From the NCBI GenBank assembly GCA_903860135.1, contig CAIOPG010000006.1, positions 21,117 through 85,116 on the forward strand: a DNA stretch of 64,000 nt. Direction: 5' to 3'. Below, one piece after another: positions 59,986 to 64,000 of this stretch. The translations under genes and the position numbers were made by a program. Under the pieces are notes generated by a model, which ran no database searches, had not been told where the DNA came from, and saw nothing but the letters and a program-made list of their open reading frames with translations. This stretch comes from Candidatus Omnitrophota bacterium. GTDB lineage: Bacteria; Omnitrophota; Gorgyraeia; Zapsychrales; Fredricksoniimonadaceae. Each line of letters begins with the position of its first letter. The stretch's first letter is position 1.

Positions 59986-61746
59986 ATGCGCAAAGGAATG
60001 TGGGTAATAGTTGTCATCGGATTTTGGGTGTTTTTGGTCAATGCCAGCGGAGAACTATTTGCCGCTGTCCCTGACATTGAACAGGCGAGTCAGTCTTCCG
60101 TTATAGGGAAACGTGTCCCTCAGGGGATTGAAAAGGCCATGGATGATGTCCAAGCTACGTTTAAATCCAGGATGATCAAAGAGGCACTGGATGCCGTAGA
60201 ATCTGCGTTGCAAGGTGCTTCGCCTAAGGCTCTGCCGCTTGTTCCGGATAACAACGGGGTTTCTTTTTTTGTCAGGAAGGTGCAGGTGAAAGATTCGCAG
60301 TTGTTGACAGAGACTTCCCTGGCGCCTTTGCTTGAGCCTTTTGAGGGCCACCAGCAGACGATTCGGGCGATGCAGGGTCTTGCAGATATGATCACGGCTG
60401 AGTACCGCAAGCGCGGATACCTGAGCAGCCAGGCCTATATTGCGCCTCAAGAAATAGCGGATGGCGTCTTTACGGTTTCTGTGCTCGAGGGGCGTATCGG
60501 TCGGGTCATTTTCGAAGGGAACAAGCATTATTCCACAGAGGTGCTCAGTCGTTACTGCGTTATCCATGAAGGGGATTTCTTCCGTTACCAGAAATTGCAG
60601 GAATCCGTCTTTAAGCTCAATGCGCACCCTGACAGGGTTGTTCGGGCGATCATCCGTCGAGGCAGTGCCCTCGGGCAGACGGATATTATCTTTAAGGTTG
60701 ATGAAAACAAATTGTTGGCGTCAAACCTTTTGATGGATAACCGCGGCTCGAAGCCTGTCGGTCAGCATCGTGGTGGGCTAGGCTTGCGCCGTGACAATCT
60801 GTTTGGGCAGGATGATACCCTGCGCATGGGCACCATGATCGGGAAGGCGTTCAGCTCGGGATTTGTGGAGCATGCCTTGCCCATTCAAGCGTTGGGTTCC
60901 GTCTGGAAAACAGGGGTTAGTATGGCCAAGTCCGCACCCCGGAAGCAATACAAGCCTTATCGGGTCAGCAGTACTTCCATGGATTACTGGGGCAGGCTCG
61001 AGACTAGGTTTATTACCACAGAAAGCCTTGCCCTAGATTGGCGCACAGGGATGGATATTAAAGAGAGCCGCACCATGGTGCTCTCTGGGACAGACAGCCG
61101 TGAACGGCTTAGGGTTATCCGCTTCGGGCCTACGCTGACCCTGCGCGATGACGGTGGCATGACGGTGATCGATGATCAGTTCTCGCTCGGACTTAATGCG
61201 ATGGGGGCGGTGCTGAGTAGCGGGTCTTCGCAGCGGGCAGGAGTAACACCGGCTTTCTTTGCTTCGGACTTCAGCCTTGAGCGCCTACAGCGGATGCCGC
61301 TGAAGACGCGGTTATCTTTAAAGGGAAGATCGCATTTGTCGGGTGATAAACAGCCGGCGTCAGAACAAATGCTCTTGGGCGGGGCGGACACGGTGCGCGG
61401 GTATCCTGAAGGAGACTATTTTGCTGATCAGGGTGTGTTGATGAATGCGGAATATTTGGTGCCGTTTTTTTTCATTCCTGATGCATGGAAGATGCCAGGC
61501 ACAAAGAACCGTATGCGTGATGCGCTTGATTTTGCGTTTTTTTATGATCATGGCCTCGGTTGGGTGAAGTCTCCGGTCAACGGCCAGAAAGCGTCGACGA
61601 GCTTGCGCGGAACGGGTGTTGGCGTGCGCGTACGTATGGCGGCTGATGTTTACTTTACCATGGATCTTGCCTACGCTATTGGTGCCAAGCCTGATCTGAG
61701 CGACAATCATTTCAGGATCCACTCCGCCATACAAGCTAATTTCTAG
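59986..61746 (+). CDS. TpsB (ShlB/FhaC/HecB) transporter
   Basis: POTRA motif YRKRGY..S.AYI.PQ.I..G...V.VLEG, DNRGS, GGADTVRGY, terminal F. Confidence 0.92.
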   Translation: MRKGMWVIVVIGFWVFLVNASGELFAAVPDIEQASQSSVIGKRVPQGIEKAMDDVQATFKSRMIKEALDAVESALQGASPKALPLVPDNNGVSFFVRKVQVKDSQLLTETSLAPLLEPFEGHQQTIRAMQGLADMITAEYRKRGYLSSQAYIAPQEIADGVFTVSVLEGRIGRVIFEGNKHYSTEVLSRYCVIHEGDFFRYQKLQESVFKLNAHPDRVVRAIIRRGSALGQTDIIFKVDENKLLASNLLMDNRGSKPVGQHRGGLGLRRDNLFGQDDTLRMGTMIGKAFSSGFVEHALPIQALGSVWKTGVSMAKSAPRKQYKPYRVSSTSMDYWGRLETRFITTESLALDWRTGMDIKESRTMVLSGTDSRERLRVIRFGPTLTLRDDGGMTVIDDQFSLGLNAMGAVLSSGSSQRAGVTPAFFASDFSLERLQRMPLKTRLSLKGRSHLSGDKQPASEQMLLGGADTVRGYPEGDYFADQGVLMNAEYLVPFFFIPDAWKMPGTKNRMRDALDFAFFYDHGLGWVKSPVNGQKASTSLRGTGVGVRVRMAADVYFTMDLAYAIGAKPDLSDNHFRIHSAIQANF

Positions 61747-61810
61747 CTTTTTTATTCCAAATTCAGGATCACGGCAGACAGGGAAGAGCCTAGGAACGTA
61801 AGAACGATTC

Positions 61811-62260
61811 TTACGTTGTCGGAGCTTGTTTCTTTAATCTGTACGAATGGGTGTAATGTTCTTTGAAAGAGGGGTACATAAAAAGAAGCCATATACCTAG
61901 GTAAAGGTAGCCTCTGAGCGGTGTGTCGTGGAAGGCGGAACGAACATTCAGAAATTCATAATTATGACCGACGATGAAGGTGATGGCACGCATGACGAAT
62001 AACCATTGATAAAAGCGGATCCAGCGGGGCGGTTGTGAAAAAGCGCGTTCAAAGAGAGGCACAAGGCACAGGCAGGTTACGATAACATCGAGCATAGCCA
62101 AGGCGTACCAGATCATGGACACGGGATTGAGACGCCAGAGCACATTATAGTAAATAAAAGCCGAACCATCGGGCACTCCGATGGACAGCACGGAAAGTAT
62201 TGCGAATACCGCAAAGACGATCAGATAAAGCTTTAATCCGAGATTGATTGGCAAACGCAT
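61811..62260 (-). CDS. Small four-TM membrane protein of unknown function
   Basis: Four hydrophobic segments; fills the gap between tpsB and lemA. Confidence 0.65.
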   Translation of the reverse strand: MRLPINLGLKLYLIVFAVFAILSVLSIGVPDGSAFIYYNVLWRLNPVSMIWYALAMLDVIVTCLCLVPLFERAFSQPPRWIRFYQWLFVMRAITFIVGHNYEFLNVRSAFHDTPLRGYLYLGIWLLFMYPSFKEHYTHSYRLKKQAPTT

Positions 62261-62354
62261 GACTTTATTGTAAAATAACTTTGCTGTTTAGGGAAAATAT
62301 ATTTGAATTATTGGCATCATCACGCAAAGGGAAGATAAAACAAGGAGGAGCAAG

Positions 62355-62909
62355 ATGCTGGTACTTTTGGTCATTCTAGGGTTGGTGGTGCTCGCGATTA
62401 TAACGGTGAGCGGAGTGTACAATGCGCTTGTTCAGTTGCGTGTGAGCGTGCAGAATGCATGGTCGCAGATCGATGTCCAGCTCAAACGGCGGCATGACCT
62501 GATCCCGAATCTTGTGGAAACGGCCAAGGGGTATATGGCGCACGAGCGCGCTACGCTGGAGAATGTTATCAAGGCCCGTCAGATGGCGGTCGATGCCGGA
62601 TCATTGAAAGACAAGGTCGCGGCGGAAAATATGCTCACCTCAACTTTAAGAAGCTTGATGGCTGTTTCTGAAAATTATCCGAACCTCAAGGCGGATCAGA
62701 CCATGTTGCGCCTGCACGAAGAATTGACCGCGACCGAGAACAAGATCGGGTTTGCGCGCCAGTATTACAACGACGAGGTGAATCGGTTAAATATCGCGGT
62801 ACAGGCTTTCCCTTCTAATATGATTGCCTCCCAGTTCGGGTTTAAGTCGGGCGAATTCTTTCAGGTGGAAGTTCCCGAAGAACGTCAGGCACCTCAGGTG
62901 AAGTTCTAG
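62355..62909 (+). CDS. lemA: LemA family protein
   Basis: YNALV, AWSQIDVQLKRRHDLIPNLVE, ENYPNLKA, TENKI..ARQYYN, FPSN. Confidence 0.95.
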   Translation: MLVLLVILGLVVLAIITVSGVYNALVQLRVSVQNAWSQIDVQLKRRHDLIPNLVETAKGYMAHERATLENVIKARQMAVDAGSLKDKVAAENMLTSTLRSLMAVSENYPNLKADQTMLRLHEELTATENKIGFARQYYNDEVNRLNIAVQAFPSNMIASQFGFKSGEFFQVEVPEERQAPQVKF

Positions 62910-62928
62910 CTGATTAAGGACAGCGCCG

Positions 62929-64000
62929 ATGCCGTACGCATTCACCCAGATCGAGCAGAAAAAGACAGGAACGATCCAGTGGTCACTGGCGTTTCTTCTT
63001 TTGTTTTATTTCTTTTCGGCGCTATTGATCGGCTACGCGGTCAAGGTCTGGTTTTATTTTTCGGCCCTCGATACCACGTATGGCGCTTTGCCGGGGTGGC
63101 CGCCGCTCGATGGGCAAACGGTTATCCTGACACTCGCCGGAGCACTGATCGCCGGCACGATCCACTGGAAGTTCTCCCAGCACGACCTTATCAACAAGAT
63201 CCTTCAGATGATGGGCGGGAGGCTGCCCGATGATCAGCGTCAGGAAGAGCGGATATTCAGGAACGTGGTCGAGGAAGTCATGGTGGCCACTGGCGGGAAA
63301 TACCGGATTGAGCCGTATATCCTGCCGACAGCCGCGATGAATGCGTTCGCCTTGCAGGATTTCGCTGGCCGTTCTGTGATCGGCATAACCGAAGGCCTTT
63401 TGATGCGGCTTAACCGTGCCCAGCTCGAAGCGGTTGTCGGGCATGAGGCGGGGCATGTGGCCTCGGGGGACTGCTTGCAAACGACGACAACGAGCTGTCT
63501 CTTTAAGACTTTTGATAATATCTGTGATATGACACAGCGGCTGTTGACGGTGTCCGGTCAGGCGTCGTATATCGGATCGGTGTATCATGACCGGGATTCC
63601 CGGCGTTCCAATGACGGGCGCATGATGCTGTTCTTTTTAATGCTTTTTGTGCTGGCGTCGATCCTGCGCTTCATCGGATTTCTGGGTTCTATGTTCATTT
63701 CCCGTCAGCGGGAATATCGCGCGGATGCCATGGCGGCCAGGTTGACCCGTAATCCGCTGGCGCTGGCTGAAGCTCTGCACATTATCAACAATCGCTGGAA
63801 AGGCAGTGGGATGCCAGGCGAGAACATGGAAGCCATCTTTATTGCCAGTCCCCGCCGTAGTGCGCTCGAACAAACAACCAGCGTCATGGCTGAACTTTTC
63901 ACCACACATCCTCCGGCTGAGAAGCGCATCGCTATCCTTCTGGACATGGCGCACGCGAGCCGTCAGGATCTGGATGCGGCCTTGCTGAAAGCTGTTACCA
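62929..64000 (+). CDS. M48/HtpX-like membrane zinc metalloprotease (3' truncated by window)
   Basis: Not in the ORF track (runs off the end); read by hand from ATG 62929: two TM helices, NVVEE, NAFA, ITEGLL..LNRAQLEAVVGHEAGH, SRQREY.AD, THPP..KRI; follows lemA. Confidence 0.88.
   Translation, partial: MPYAFTQIEQKKTGTIQWSLAFLLLFYFFSALLIGYAVKVWFYFSALDTTYGALPGWPPLDGQTVILTLAGALIAGTIHWKFSQHDLINKILQMMGGRLPDDQRQEERIFRNVVEEVMVATGGKYRIEPYILPTAAMNAFALQDFAGRSVIGITEGLLMRLNRAQLEAVVGHEAGHVASGDCLQTTTTSCLFKTFDNICDMTQRLLTVSGQASYIGSVYHDRDSRRSNDGRMMLFFLMLFVLASILRFIGFLGSMFISRQREYRADAMAARLTRNPLALAEALHIINNRWKGSGMPGENMEAIFIASPRRSALEQTTSVMAELFTTHPPAEKRIAILLDMAHASRQDLDAALLKAVT

Noticed and set aside
56468-61746. CdiA/CdiB contact-dependent inhibition locus
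   Set aside because: No VENN/pre-toxin motif or C-terminal toxin, and no immunity gene between or after tpsA and tpsB on the same strand.

Overview
A 64 kb, almost entirely + strand, mostly housekeeping window from a diderm bacterium. The gene set and a distinctive secreted paralog family suggest Candidatus Omnitrophota (inference, not verified). In order it carries: the distal part of a type II secretion/pseudopilin cluster (gspF end, G, I/H-like, J, K, L/PilMN-like, M/PilO-like), running into TPR-wecB-GT2-GT-C genes; a c-di-GMP-I riboswitch controlling a secreted protein of unknown function; tRNA-Lys(CTT) with a duplicated 3' end and an IS3 scar; amtB-glnK under an ANTAR-type attenuator; an F0F1 ATP synthase operon; Ktr/Trk K+ uptake; an HTH-REC regulator; thiC; fchA-folD; polA-glgA-coaE-rho-rpmE-prfA-prmC-murA-trpGDCF; OmpA-LysM; an M16 peptidase; a TadA/VirB11-like ATPase; corA; a two-partner secretion pair; and lemA-htpX. 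Four observations stand out. (1) Two paralogous exported proteins 43 kb apart share a ~350 aa N-domain and a C-terminal GGI(D/A)L module around unrelated central cargoes, a candidate cargo-swapping effector system. (2) A second c-di-GMP-I aptamer has its own promoter but no downstream gene and faces a convergent OmpA-LysM gene. (3) A TpsA has a complete clan-A glycoside hydrolase-like domain inserted inside one beta-helix repeat. (4) REP-like DNA palindromes are translated in frame inside the paralogs. All product calls come from motif recognition by eye; no database searches were run.
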